From Bacteroidia bacterium (GTDB taxonomy: Bacteria > Bacteroidota > Bacteroidia > Chitinophagales > JAUHXS01), in the NCBI GenBank assembly GCA_030426955.1, contig JAUHXS010000001.1, forward strand, positions 435,339 to 499,338: a DNA stretch of 64,000 bases, read 5' to 3'. The number at the start of each line of letters is the position of its first letter. Position 1 is the first letter of the stretch. The position numbers were made by a program, and so were the translations under genes. Shown here in pieces: positions 1 through 9,035 of this stretch. Below the pieces are notes generated by a model. That model was not told where the DNA came from, made no database searches, and was given only the letters and a program-made list of their open reading frames with translations.

Positions 1-105
1 GGAAGTGCATCTAGTAAAAATACTATAAGGCTGCTGCCGCCATTAAGTATTAGCAAAGTAGAAGCCGACTTATTTTTAGAAAACTTTGAAAAGGTTTTAA
101 AATGA
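1..105 (+). CDS. 3' end of a class-III PLP aminotransferase, probably acetyl/succinyl-ornithine aminotransferase (partial; start lies outside the window)
   Basis: Frame 1 is open to TGA at 103-105. Translation is GSASSKNTIRLLPPLSISKVEADLFLENFEKVLK, and the RLLPPL tail is typical of ArgD/GabT-type enzymes. It sits at the head of an arg cluster. Confidence 0.5.
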   Translation, partial: GSASSKNTIRLLPPLSISKVEADLFLENFEKVLK

Positions 106-114
106 ATTATTATA

Positions 115-237
115 CGTCATATCGGAATTTTTGTCTCATTATGAGCAAAAATATCCGATATCTACTTAACATTAACCTAAAGATGTCGGATAAAATAAAT
201 CAAACCTCATTTTATGATTTATTTTTCCGACATGACG
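115..237. promoter_or_regulatory. Four alternating-orientation copies of an AT(A/G)TCGGA-core motif forming nested inverted repeats upstream of argF'
   Basis: The copies are 115-132 cgtcatatcggaattttt, 147-162 aaaatatccgatatct, 181-196 agatgtcggataaaat and 221-237 atttttccgacatgacg. The outer pair are near reverse complements of each other, and so are the inner pair. Confidence 0.5.
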
Positions 238-269
238 ACAATTATTCAACCTTAGTTTGAAACTCATTT

Positions 270-1253
270 ATGAAACACTTTACATCTATACAAGACGTAG
301 CAAATCCAAATGATCTGATAGCACCAGCTTTGGAAATAAAAAAAACGCCCTACTCTACTTCCCAATTGGGAATGCATAAGACATTGGGGTTGATATTTTT
401 TAACTCAAGTCTGAGAACTCGTTTAAGCACACAAAAAGCAGCTCAAAACTTGGGGATGGATGTCATCGTGATGAATGTAAGTTCTGATGGCTGGGCATTA
501 GAAATGGAAGATGGAACAGTAATGAATGGCAATACTGCAGAGCACATCAAAGAAGCGGCAGCTGTTATGGGACAATACTGTGATATTCTGGGCGTAAGAA
601 CATTTGCAGGGTTAAAAGATCGGAAATACGACTATGAGGAAGTCATATTAAATAAGTTTAAGCAATACGCCAATTGTCCAATTTTGAGCTTAGAGTCAGC
701 GACATTGCATCCCCTTCAATCTTTGGCAGACATGGTGACTATTCAAGAATTAAAACCTAATAACAAATCCGTCAAGAGCTGGACAAGGCCGAAAGTAGTA
801 TTAACCTGGGCTCCCCATCCAAAAGCTTTGCCACAAGCTGTTGCTAACTCATTCTGTGAATGGATCACAAAACAAGACGTTGAATTTGTTTTGACCCATC
901 CAGAAAATTATGAGTTGGCTGAATCTTTTTCAGGTAACGCTAAAATAGAATATAACCAAAATAAAGCTTTTGAAAATGCTGATTTCATTTATGCTAAGAA
1001 CTGGTCTTCGTACCATAATTATGGTCAGGTACTTTCAAACGATGAAAGTTGGATGATAACAAAAGAGAAAATGAGTTTTACAAACAATGCAAAATTCATG
1101 CATTGCTTGCCTGTTAGAAGAAACGTTGTGGTAAGTGACGACGTAATTGACTCAAACAATAGTATTGTAATACAACAAGCAGGTAATCGTGTATTTGCTG
1201 CGCAGGCAGTATTAAAAGAATTATTAAAAAGTATTGAAAAAAATGGTCAATGA
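270..1253 (+). CDS. argF: N-acetyl/N-succinyl-ornithine carbamoyltransferase (ArgF'-type transcarbamylase)
   Basis: 327 aa with SSLRTRLS, HPLQSLADM and HCLPVRRN motifs of the acyl-ornithine transcarbamylase branch. It lies in an arg cluster. Confidence 0.85.
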   Translation: MKHFTSIQDVANPNDLIAPALEIKKTPYSTSQLGMHKTLGLIFFNSSLRTRLSTQKAAQNLGMDVIVMNVSSDGWALEMEDGTVMNGNTAEHIKEAAAVMGQYCDILGVRTFAGLKDRKYDYEEVILNKFKQYANCPILSLESATLHPLQSLADMVTIQELKPNNKSVKSWTRPKVVLTWAPHPKALPQAVANSFCEWITKQDVEFVLTHPENYELAESFSGNAKIEYNQNKAFENADFIYAKNWSSYHNYGQVLSNDESWMITKEKMSFTNNAKFMHCLPVRRNVVVSDDVIDSNNSIVIQQAGNRVFAAQAVLKELLKSIEKNGQ

Positions 1254-1671
1254 TAAATATACCATATCGACAAACATAAAAGATATGGATATTGATATCA
1301 TCCATGGTTTTTTATCAAAAGAATCTGGCTGGAGTAAAGGTATTCCAAAAAATAAGGTAGAATTATCCATACAAAACTCACTTAACTTTGGCCTATTTAA
1401 AGATCAACAGCAAATTGGATATGCTAGGGTTATTACGGATTACTCAACTGTCGCATATTTGGGGGATTTTTTCATTCTATCATCATATAGAGGTTTAGGA
1501 CTAAGTCATTTTATAATGAAGCACATATTGAGTCATAAGAAATTACAAAATCTGAGAAGGTGGATGTTATTAACCATAACTGCTGATTGGCTTTACGAAA
1601 AGCATGGCTTTAGAAGATTGAAAAATAAAGATGCTTATATGGAAATACTTAATAAAGAGGTATATAAATAA
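1243..1671 (+). CDS. GNAT family N-acetyltransferase (arg-cluster associated)
   Basis: GNAT-like core (YRGLGLSHFIMKHIL...). The ATG at 1243 is preferred over the TTG at 1234. It overlaps the argF' stop. Confidence 0.6.
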   Translation: MVNDKYTISTNIKDMDIDIIHGFLSKESGWSKGIPKNKVELSIQNSLNFGLFKDQQQIGYARVITDYSTVAYLGDFFILSSYRGLGLSHFIMKHILSHKKLQNLRRWMLLTITADWLYEKHGFRRLKNKDAYMEILNKEVYK

Positions 1672-1677
1672 AGACCA

Positions 1678-2442
1678 ATGCAAAGAGAGTTAAGTATTAT
1701 AAAGATTGGAGGAAATGTAATTGATAATGAAAAAGAGCTATCAAGTTTTTTGCATGACTTTTCTAGTCTTGAAGGAAACAAAATATTAGTACATGGTGGC
1801 GGCAAAAAAGCAACTGAGATTGGAAAAAAATTAGGAATTACGCCAAATATAGTTGATGGTCGTCGTGTTACTGATTCAAAAACTTTAGATGTAGCCTTGA
1901 TGGTTTATGGTGGTTTGACCAATAAAAAAATCATAGCACAGTTGCAATCTATGCAATGTAATGCTATTGGATTATCTGGTGCTGATGGTAATAGCATTCA
2001 GGCTGTTAAACGTCCTATTAAGGTCATCGATTATGGATATGTTGGAGATATTGTTGATATAAATACAGGGTTAATCTCAAGTTTATTAAAGCAGGGCTTA
2101 ACTCCGGTTTTTTGTGCTCTGACACATGATAAAAAAGGGATTATGCTTAATACAAATGCTGATACCATAGCCTCTGAAATTGCAAGTGCCATGTCTATTG
2201 AATTCGAAACACGACTAATTTACTGCTTTGAAAAATCTGGAGTATTAGATAAGAAAGGTAATCCTATTCAAAAGATTAACAAAGAATTATACAACGCATT
2301 AAAAGAAGAAACGGTGATAAACTTAGGCATGATTCCTAAACTAGATAATGCATTCAATGCTAAAGAAAAAGGTGTAGAGCAAGTTTTCATTAAGTCATCG
2401 AAAGAATTGTTAAATATTAATTCAGGAACAGAAATATGTTAA
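1678..2442 (+). CDS. argB: Acetylglutamate kinase
   Basis: 254 aa with IIKIGGNVID, VHGGG and LNTNADT amino-acid-kinase motifs. Confidence 0.9.
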   Translation: MQRELSIIKIGGNVIDNEKELSSFLHDFSSLEGNKILVHGGGKKATEIGKKLGITPNIVDGRRVTDSKTLDVALMVYGGLTNKKIIAQLQSMQCNAIGLSGADGNSIQAVKRPIKVIDYGYVGDIVDINTGLISSLLKQGLTPVFCALTHDKKGIMLNTNADTIASEIASAMSIEFETRLIYCFEKSGVLDKKGNPIQKINKELYNALKEETVINLGMIPKLDNAFNAKEKGVEQVFIKSSKELLNINSGTEIC

Positions 2443-3500
2443 CCGAAGAAGCCATTTCATTATTGAAACAATTAATTGCCATTCCATCTTTTAGTAAAGA
2501 AGAAGATAAGACCGCTGACTTAATTCAAAATTTCTTGGAAAACAAGGGAATAGAAACATCAAGGAAAGGATATAACATTTGGGCAAGCAATAAGCATTTC
2601 AGTAAAGAAAAACCAACTCTGCTGCTCAATTCACACCATGATACCGTAAAACCCAATGCAGGATATACAAATAACCCATTTGAAGCAATTGAAAAAGAAG
2701 GTAAACTGTACGGTCTAGGAAGCAATGATGCAGGTGGTCCTTTGGTAGCTTCAATTGCAACTTTTTTACATTTTTATGAAAAAGATGATCTACAATTCAA
2801 TCTTATATTGGCATGTACGGCAGAAGAGGAAATATCAGGTCAAAATGGAGTTGCGTCTATACTGGATAACATAGGAAATATTGACTTAGCCATTGTTGGT
2901 GAACCTACTCAAATGCAAATGGCAATAGCCGAAAAAGGTTTAATAGTTTTAGATTGCGTTAGTTATGGCAAGGCAGGACATGCTGCAAGAGAGGAAGGAG
3001 AAAATGCGATATATAATGCCATGCAAGATATCGAATGGTTTAAGAATTATCAATTTGATAAAGAGTCAAAAATGCTGGGACCAATCAAAATGTCCGTAAC
3101 ACAGATAGAAGCCGGACAGCAACATAATGTCGTCCCTGATCAATGTAAGTTTATCGTAGACGTCCGAACAACTGATGTTTACACTAATGAAGAAACTTTG
3201 GAAATTATTAAGCAACATATATCGTCTGAAGTTCAAGCCCGATCTACCCGCTTAAGCCCATCGGGAATTGACTCCGGTCATAGAGTATTGCAAGTTGCGA
3301 AAGAGTTAAAGATCAAAACCTACGGGTCTCCTACTCTTTCCGACCAAGCTTTAATGCCTTTCCCCTCGGTTAAAATAGGTCCAGGAAAGTCAGAAAGGTC
3401 ACATACGGCTGATGAGTATATTGAGATTAAAGAAATTGAAGATGGAATTGAATTGTATATAAAATTGATTGATAGTTTACATGAATCATATCGTTTTTAA
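2436..3500 (+). CDS. argE: M20 family metallohydrolase, acetyl/succinyl-ornithine deacylase-like
   Basis: 354 aa with NSHHDTV, GSNDAGG and TAEEE motifs. It overlaps the argB stop by 7 nt and lies between argB and argH. Confidence 0.7.
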   Translation: MLTEEAISLLKQLIAIPSFSKEEDKTADLIQNFLENKGIETSRKGYNIWASNKHFSKEKPTLLLNSHHDTVKPNAGYTNNPFEAIEKEGKLYGLGSNDAGGPLVASIATFLHFYEKDDLQFNLILACTAEEEISGQNGVASILDNIGNIDLAIVGEPTQMQMAIAEKGLIVLDCVSYGKAGHAAREEGENAIYNAMQDIEWFKNYQFDKESKMLGPIKMSVTQIEAGQQHNVVPDQCKFIVDVRTTDVYTNEETLEIIKQHISSEVQARSTRLSPSGIDSGHRVLQVAKELKIKTYGSPTLSDQALMPFPSVKIGPGKSERSHTADEYIEIKEIEDGIELYIKLIDSLHESYRF

Positions 3501-3625
3501 ATCATCGAAAACCCTTCTCGTCACTGCGAGGAATCGAAGCAGTCTCATTATTGGAAAAGATAGATTGCTTCATAACTTCGCAATGACGGTTTTGTTAGAT
3601 ACGTTGAAGGTTTTCGATGATTTAA
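3497..3625. repeat. Nested palindromic intergenic element, copy 1 (short form)
   Basis: A perfect 17-bp outer inverted repeat (3497-3513 ttaaatcatcgaaaacc / 3609-3625) encloses a core cgtcactgcgagg...cgaagcagtctc...gattgcttca...ttcgcaatgacg. That core recurs at 24773-24890. Confidence 0.8.
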
Positions 3626-3655
3626 GAAGAATTATATAATCCTAAAGACAAGGCT

Positions 3656-5002
3656 ATGACTAAACTTTGGCAAAAAAGCACAACGATACAAGATAAGGTA
3701 GAACAATTTACTGTCGGAAAAGATAGAGAGCTAGACCTTTTTCTCGCAGAGCATGATGTTATCGGCTCATTAGCACATGCACAAATGCTTGACAGTATTG
3801 GACTTCTTGAAAAAAATGAGCTAAAGGCTTTACAAAAAGAACTTAAGCTAATTCATTCAGACATAAAAAAAGGTTCATTTAGAATTGAAGAAGGAGTTGA
3901 AGATGTTCATTCTCAAATAGAACTACAATTGACTCAAAAGTTAGGAGATATAGGGAAAAAAATTCATAGTGGGCGATCAAGAAATGATCAGGTTTTATTG
4001 GATTTAAAACTATTTATGCGATCAGAGATTGAGAAAACAGTAGTTCAGGTTAAAAAACTATTTGACCGCCTAATCAACCTGAGTGAGCACCACAAGGATA
4101 AACTATTGCCTGGTTACACGCACATGCAAGTGGCGATGCCATCTTCTTTCGGACTTTGGTTTGGAGCCTATGCAGAGAGCTTAATTGACGATTTAATCAT
4201 GTTAAATGCTGCTTTCAAAATAGTAAATAAAAATCCATTAGGCTCTGCAGCTGGGTATGGTTCCTCTTTCCCGCTTAATAGACAAATGACAACTGATTTG
4301 TTAGGCTTTGAATCCATGAATCATAATGTAGTTTATGCCCAAATGGGTCGCGGCAAAGCAGAATTAAATACCAGTATGGCATTGGCTTCAATAGCCAGTA
4401 CACTTAATAAACTAGCCATGGACGTTTGCATTTACATGGGACAAGATCATGGATTCATTTCCTTTCCAGATGAACTGACTACGGGGTCAAGCATTATGCC
4501 ACACAAGAAAAACCCAGATGTTTTTGAATTGACCAGAGCAAAAAATAATAAGCTACAAGCATTACCAAATGAAATCACAATGATTATTAGCAACCTACCA
4601 TCTGGTTATCACCGAGACCTTCAATTAATCAAGGAAAACTTCATCCCAGCATTTGAAATCATCAATAGCTGTCTTGAAATGACAGAGTTCATGCTTCAAA
4701 GCATTATTGTGAAAGACGACTTATTAAACCAAGAGAAGTACAAATACATTTTCAGCGTAGAAGCTGTGAATAAAGAAGTATTAAAAGGAGTTCCTTTCAG
4801 AGATGCTTATAAAAAAGTAGGTCGATCTATAGAAGAAGGAGACTTTGATACAGATGTACAAATTAACCATACTCATGAAGGCAGTATTGGGAATCTTTGT
4901 AATGATCGTATAAGAAACAAGATGGATAAAACAATACAACAATTTCATTTTCAAGAGATAAACCAAGTTATTGATCATTTACTAGCCAATATAAAAGACT
5001 GA
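3656..5002 (+). CDS. argH: Argininosuccinate lyase
   Basis: 448 aa with the GSSIMPHKKNPD fumarate-lyase signature and HSGRSRNDQV. Confidence 0.92.
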   Translation: MTKLWQKSTTIQDKVEQFTVGKDRELDLFLAEHDVIGSLAHAQMLDSIGLLEKNELKALQKELKLIHSDIKKGSFRIEEGVEDVHSQIELQLTQKLGDIGKKIHSGRSRNDQVLLDLKLFMRSEIEKTVVQVKKLFDRLINLSEHHKDKLLPGYTHMQVAMPSSFGLWFGAYAESLIDDLIMLNAAFKIVNKNPLGSAAGYGSSFPLNRQMTTDLLGFESMNHNVVYAQMGRGKAELNTSMALASIASTLNKLAMDVCIYMGQDHGFISFPDELTTGSSIMPHKKNPDVFELTRAKNNKLQALPNEITMIISNLPSGYHRDLQLIKENFIPAFEIINSCLEMTEFMLQSIIVKDDLLNQEKYKYIFSVEAVNKEVLKGVPFRDAYKKVGRSIEEGDFDTDVQINHTHEGSIGNLCNDRIRNKMDKTIQQFHFQEINQVIDHLLANIKD

Positions 5003-5117
5003 CCAATCCAATAAAGAACATCTCAGTTAAGCTTATTTGAAATTGTTATATACCACATGAAATACTTTTTTACAGATTGAAATTATATTGTATATTATAT
5101 GCAATAACTACCTTCCT

Positions 5118-5945
5118 ATGAAAAGAACTATACTAGCACTGTTATTATCAACATTTGTCTATATTTCATCAGCCCAGATGGATTCCATTAATCTTGGCAA
5201 TGACACCTCCTTATGCCCTGGCGCTTGTATCTTATTAGATGGCACTTCAGGGCTAAACGAGGCGATATATGGGTGGAGTTTAAAAGGCGGAACTCTCGAG
5301 GCTTCCGACACCTCGCATATATTATTTTGCCCACAACTATTGATCAATGAGATAACAGTTTCCTCAACCAATGCAGAAAGAGAGGGAAATGGTGAAGATC
5401 CTATAGAAGGTAAGATAGTAATACGAATGCCCATTCCTATATCAAACCTAACTATTGATAGCATTTCGTTATGTAAAGATTCATGTATGACGATAGAAGG
5501 TCCAACTGGGGGTGACAGTTATATTTGGACACCTAATAATTTTTTCACGTCCCATAATAATAGGGTTACAGATGTTTGTCCTTTAAAGGATACCATTGCA
5601 ATTCTATCTGTCAACTATGGCGCAAGCGTTGATGCCATGTGCAATAGTAAAGACACGCTTAACATAAAAGCTATAGAATGTGACACACTAAACAATTTTG
5701 TTTTTAGCAATAGACAAAATATGAATGATCTTTTGTTGATAAAAAGAGATGGTAATCATGTAATGGTATCGTTGAAAGGTGATATTAGGAAATATGACAA
5801 TGCTTTCATTTATGATATAACAGGTAGAGTAATTTCGAAATTCAAAAAAAATACAGTAGTGATTCATAAACCGGAAAGTTCAATCATTTTTGTTTCTTTC
5901 ATTTATGAAAACCATATATACACTCGTAAAATAACATCTTACTAA
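5118..5945 (+). CDS. Secreted hypothetical protein, possible T9SS cargo
   Basis: Signal peptide MKRTILALLLSTFVYISSAQ. Cys-containing G.D..C repeats like those of CHU_C-type proteins. The C-terminal beta-rich tail (FIYDITGRVIS...) is only weakly like a type A sorting domain. Confidence 0.5.
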   Translation: MKRTILALLLSTFVYISSAQMDSINLGNDTSLCPGACILLDGTSGLNEAIYGWSLKGGTLEASDTSHILFCPQLLINEITVSSTNAEREGNGEDPIEGKIVIRMPIPISNLTIDSISLCKDSCMTIEGPTGGDSYIWTPNNFFTSHNNRVTDVCPLKDTIAILSVNYGASVDAMCNSKDTLNIKAIECDTLNNFVFSNRQNMNDLLLIKRDGNHVMVSLKGDIRKYDNAFIYDITGRVISKFKKNTVVIHKPESSIIFVSFIYENHIYTRKITSY

Positions 5946-5950
5946 TTAAT

Positions 5951-7972
5951 TTGAAAAACGCTTTCTCTCTACTGTACTTTTTTCTTATTCTTAGCTTAGC
6001 TCAAGCTCAAGAGATATGTAACAATTGCATTGATGACGATGGAGACGGGAAGATTGACTGCCTAGATGAATCATGTGTAGATAGTTGCGGCGGACAGTTT
6101 CTTTATAGTTTAGATGAACCTCAGCGCTGTATTGACAGCTTTCAACTGGAACAACTTTGGCGTACTAGTGGAATTTACGGCACTTCTAATCAAGTAATTG
6201 GCGATATTACAAATTCTGGGATACCAGAAGTCCTCTCAGAAGAAGCTTCTGGTATATTGGTAATGATAGATGGTGCAACAGGTACTTTAATAAATCAAAC
6301 TACTTCAGTGGGTCGTGTACCAGCAATAGCAGATGTAGATGGTGACAAGCTAGGAGATATCTTTGTGGTAGATGGAACGACCTTAAGCCGTCTAGATTTT
6401 AGTTTTGGTACTATTTGGTCACAAACTATAGTTGGTATTAGCGACTTTATGAGTATCTCAGATGCAGATTTAAATGGCACTTCGGAGTTAATTGTTAGAG
6501 GAATGGTTATGGATGCAGCATCAGGAGCTATATTAATAGATTCTCCTGGTATTATTGAGAGCACTACAGGGAATAATGGCATGAAGCACATAGTTGCAGA
6601 CTTACTCCCCGATAACCATCCTGGATGTAGCAGTTGTGATGGTCTAGAACTACTTACTGGAAAAAGTGTGTACTCTATCGACCTTATCAATCAAAAATTT
6701 GAACTTATCAGCTCTGCACCAAGCTACGTAACACGAGGTATCAATGCGATTGCAGATATGGACGGCGATGGAATGCCAGATATCATATCCAATGCAGTCA
6801 ATATGATTTATGTATGGGATCCCAGGACTCAAGATGTTATAGGAGATATTTATTTTTACACACCTTTTAAGTACGGAGGAATACCACTAGTTGGAAATTT
6901 TGACAAAGACCCTGAACCTGAAGTTGGCATCGAATCGGGAGATGCATATATTTTGCTAGACAATGACTTGACCCTCAAATGGTCAAACAGCTCATTACAA
7001 GACATTACCTCAGGTGGCGAAAGCGCTGTAGCTTTTGATTTCGACTGTGATGGCATATTAGAGATTGTTCATCGTGGAGATGATGGTTTTTTAGATATCG
7101 TAAGGGGAACTGATGGTATGATATTAAGCAGAGATGTCTGTAATTCAGCTACGGGCGAAGAAAGGCCATCAATTGCAGATGTAAACGCCGATGGTCATGT
7201 TGATATTGTTTGCGGATGCAATGAAGGCTTAACTGCTTGGAGTGGTGCTCCTAATGATTGGATTGCAGGAAGATCTGTTTCTAACCAATATGCTTACCAG
7301 CCATTATCTATTAATGACAACCTACAAATATCCTGTGTTTCTTACCCTAATTATAATGACACTAGCTTACCTGCATATTTAAATGGATTTATGATTCAAG
7401 CCCCTATGTTTACTCAAGAAGGCGAATACTGTATTTTTGAGAAAACAGAAAGGGAATTAGACAATATAGACATAGAAGACATTTCACTTTGTGAAGACGA
7501 AGAAGAACTACTCAGCCTCAATTTGCCCGATTACGACCTTTTATGGCAAACACCAAATCAAGAAACCTATAGTAATAGTATAACCATACAAGATAGTGGT
7601 AAATACAAACTAAGTATTTCAGATACTTTAAATTGTAAAATACTGACAGATTCGTTTTATGTTGCAATAGACTCTTGTGATTCTATAGCAACACAAAGCT
7701 TAATAATATTTATACCTAATGCAATAACACCTCATGGGGATTTCAATAATGATCATCTTCAAGTGCTTTTTTCTGATGCCATTAATCATCCATTTGATAT
7801 CTACATCTATGACAGATGGGGGAAATTAAAAGCCTTCGCACAAAACAATGATGATTTAAAAGAACATTCTAAGCAGCTTCAAACTGGTATATATTCTTAC
7901 AGGCTTATAGTTCAATTAAAAACAGATAAGCAACAAAAGTCAGAATTTTCTGGAAATCTTACCGTTTTTTAG
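5951..7972 (+). CDS. FG-GAP/VCBS-repeat protein with T9SS type B (gliding-motility-associated) C-terminal domain
   Basis: TTG start and a signal peptide. N-terminal CNNCIDDDGDGKIDCLDESC motif. Repeated DxDGDG/DVNADG calcium-type loops. C-terminus IPNAITPHGDFNNDHL...YIYDRWG...GNLTVF. Paralog of 57282-59459. Confidence 0.75.
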   Translation: MKNAFSLLYFFLILSLAQAQEICNNCIDDDGDGKIDCLDESCVDSCGGQFLYSLDEPQRCIDSFQLEQLWRTSGIYGTSNQVIGDITNSGIPEVLSEEASGILVMIDGATGTLINQTTSVGRVPAIADVDGDKLGDIFVVDGTTLSRLDFSFGTIWSQTIVGISDFMSISDADLNGTSELIVRGMVMDAASGAILIDSPGIIESTTGNNGMKHIVADLLPDNHPGCSSCDGLELLTGKSVYSIDLINQKFELISSAPSYVTRGINAIADMDGDGMPDIISNAVNMIYVWDPRTQDVIGDIYFYTPFKYGGIPLVGNFDKDPEPEVGIESGDAYILLDNDLTLKWSNSSLQDITSGGESAVAFDFDCDGILEIVHRGDDGFLDIVRGTDGMILSRDVCNSATGEERPSIADVNADGHVDIVCGCNEGLTAWSGAPNDWIAGRSVSNQYAYQPLSINDNLQISCVSYPNYNDTSLPAYLNGFMIQAPMFTQEGEYCIFEKTERELDNIDIEDISLCEDEEELLSLNLPDYDLLWQTPNQETYSNSITIQDSGKYKLSISDTLNCKILTDSFYVAIDSCDSIATQSLIIFIPNAITPHGDFNNDHLQVLFSDAINHPFDIYIYDRWGKLKAFAQNNDDLKEHSKQLQTGIYSYRLIVQLKTDKQQKSEFSGNLTVF

Positions 7973-8147
7973 CTAACTTTTTCTCACAATTACCACTCCG
8001 ATAACGATCAGAGCTAATCTCTTTGAGAGATAAGAGGTTTCAACAAGAATCAATATTCTAGTAAATTCATTTTTCATTTTATAGTATTTAGAATACTTAT
8101 TTTACTTACACACATTACTTTCTTCTAATTTTGACTTCTAGTATCTT

Positions 8148-8972
8148 ATGCAAAAGAATGGTATAAAAAGAAGCCTACTTTACCTGCTATTAATTTTATA
8201 CACTTATCATATAAATGCACAAATCAACGACTTACAATAGCAAAAGCTATATGGAGGGTCAAATGAAGAAAGAATCTACGCTATAAAATCAACAAAAGGT
8301 GGAGGTTTTATTGCTGCAGGACGAACAAGCTCTAATGATATTGATATCCATAAGCTAAAAGGATTTTATGATGTCTGGATCTTGAAGCTGAATGAATACG
8401 GAGATACCATTTGGACCAAAACATACGGAGGAAGTCAATATGATGAAGCATATGGTATCATTGAAACAAAGGATGATGCGTATGTATTTGTGGGAACAAC
8501 AGATTCAGAAGACGAAGACGTACATACAAAACCAATTCACGATGGATTTAATAACTTAAATTGGTGGATTAATGACTTAAGGAAGGAGACCAATTCACGT
8601 ACAGATTTACAACATCACGCAAAAATGCTAGAAATATTATGCCACTACGAACTCAAAAACAACGAACTCCTCATATCATTGATACAATCCATAAAAAGAA
8701 TATTAAAAAACAACTCAAGGAATAATAAGGTTGAAATTGTGATTTTAAATGGAATTACAGAGATAATCAACTTGCCCAATTTGGAATCTTCCTCTAAAAC
8801 ACTAAATAGAATGTATGATCAGATCAATAAAATCAAACATTTAGAAGAGGAAAATGACACACTTAGATACTTTGATTATATCGCTTGGATAGCATCTAAA
8901 ATTCACAACTTAGGCTTTCAGGAAACTATCAAAAAGCATCTTGATTATCCGAATCAAAAAAACTACAGATAA
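8148..8972 (+). pseudogene. Chimeric pseudogene: secreted YGGS-repeat protein N-terminus with an in-frame TAG, fused to a C-terminal fragment of a paralog of the 49878-51386 gene
   Basis: ATG at 8148 plus a 30-codon signal-like peptide, then TAG at 8238-8240 in the same frame as the 8382-8972 ORF. The tail TDLQHHAKMLEILCHYELKNNELLISLIQSIKRILKNN aligns with QDLYRWAKLFQIMIHYQQGNYILLDSLLLSLSRLIKED of the 502-aa protein. Confidence 0.7.
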
Positions 8973-9035
8973 GAAGTTTTTTGCCCTTTTAATCTCGTAT
9001 ATTGCGCTAGTTTTTTCTCACCAAAATCTGACAAA

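Noticed and set aside
8382-8972. The 196-aa ORF taken as an intact gene
   Set aside because: It starts at a TTG in the middle of a repeat domain whose upstream part (8241-8381) is in the same frame behind a TAG. Its two halves belong to unrelated protein families. It is better treated as part of a chimeric pseudogene.
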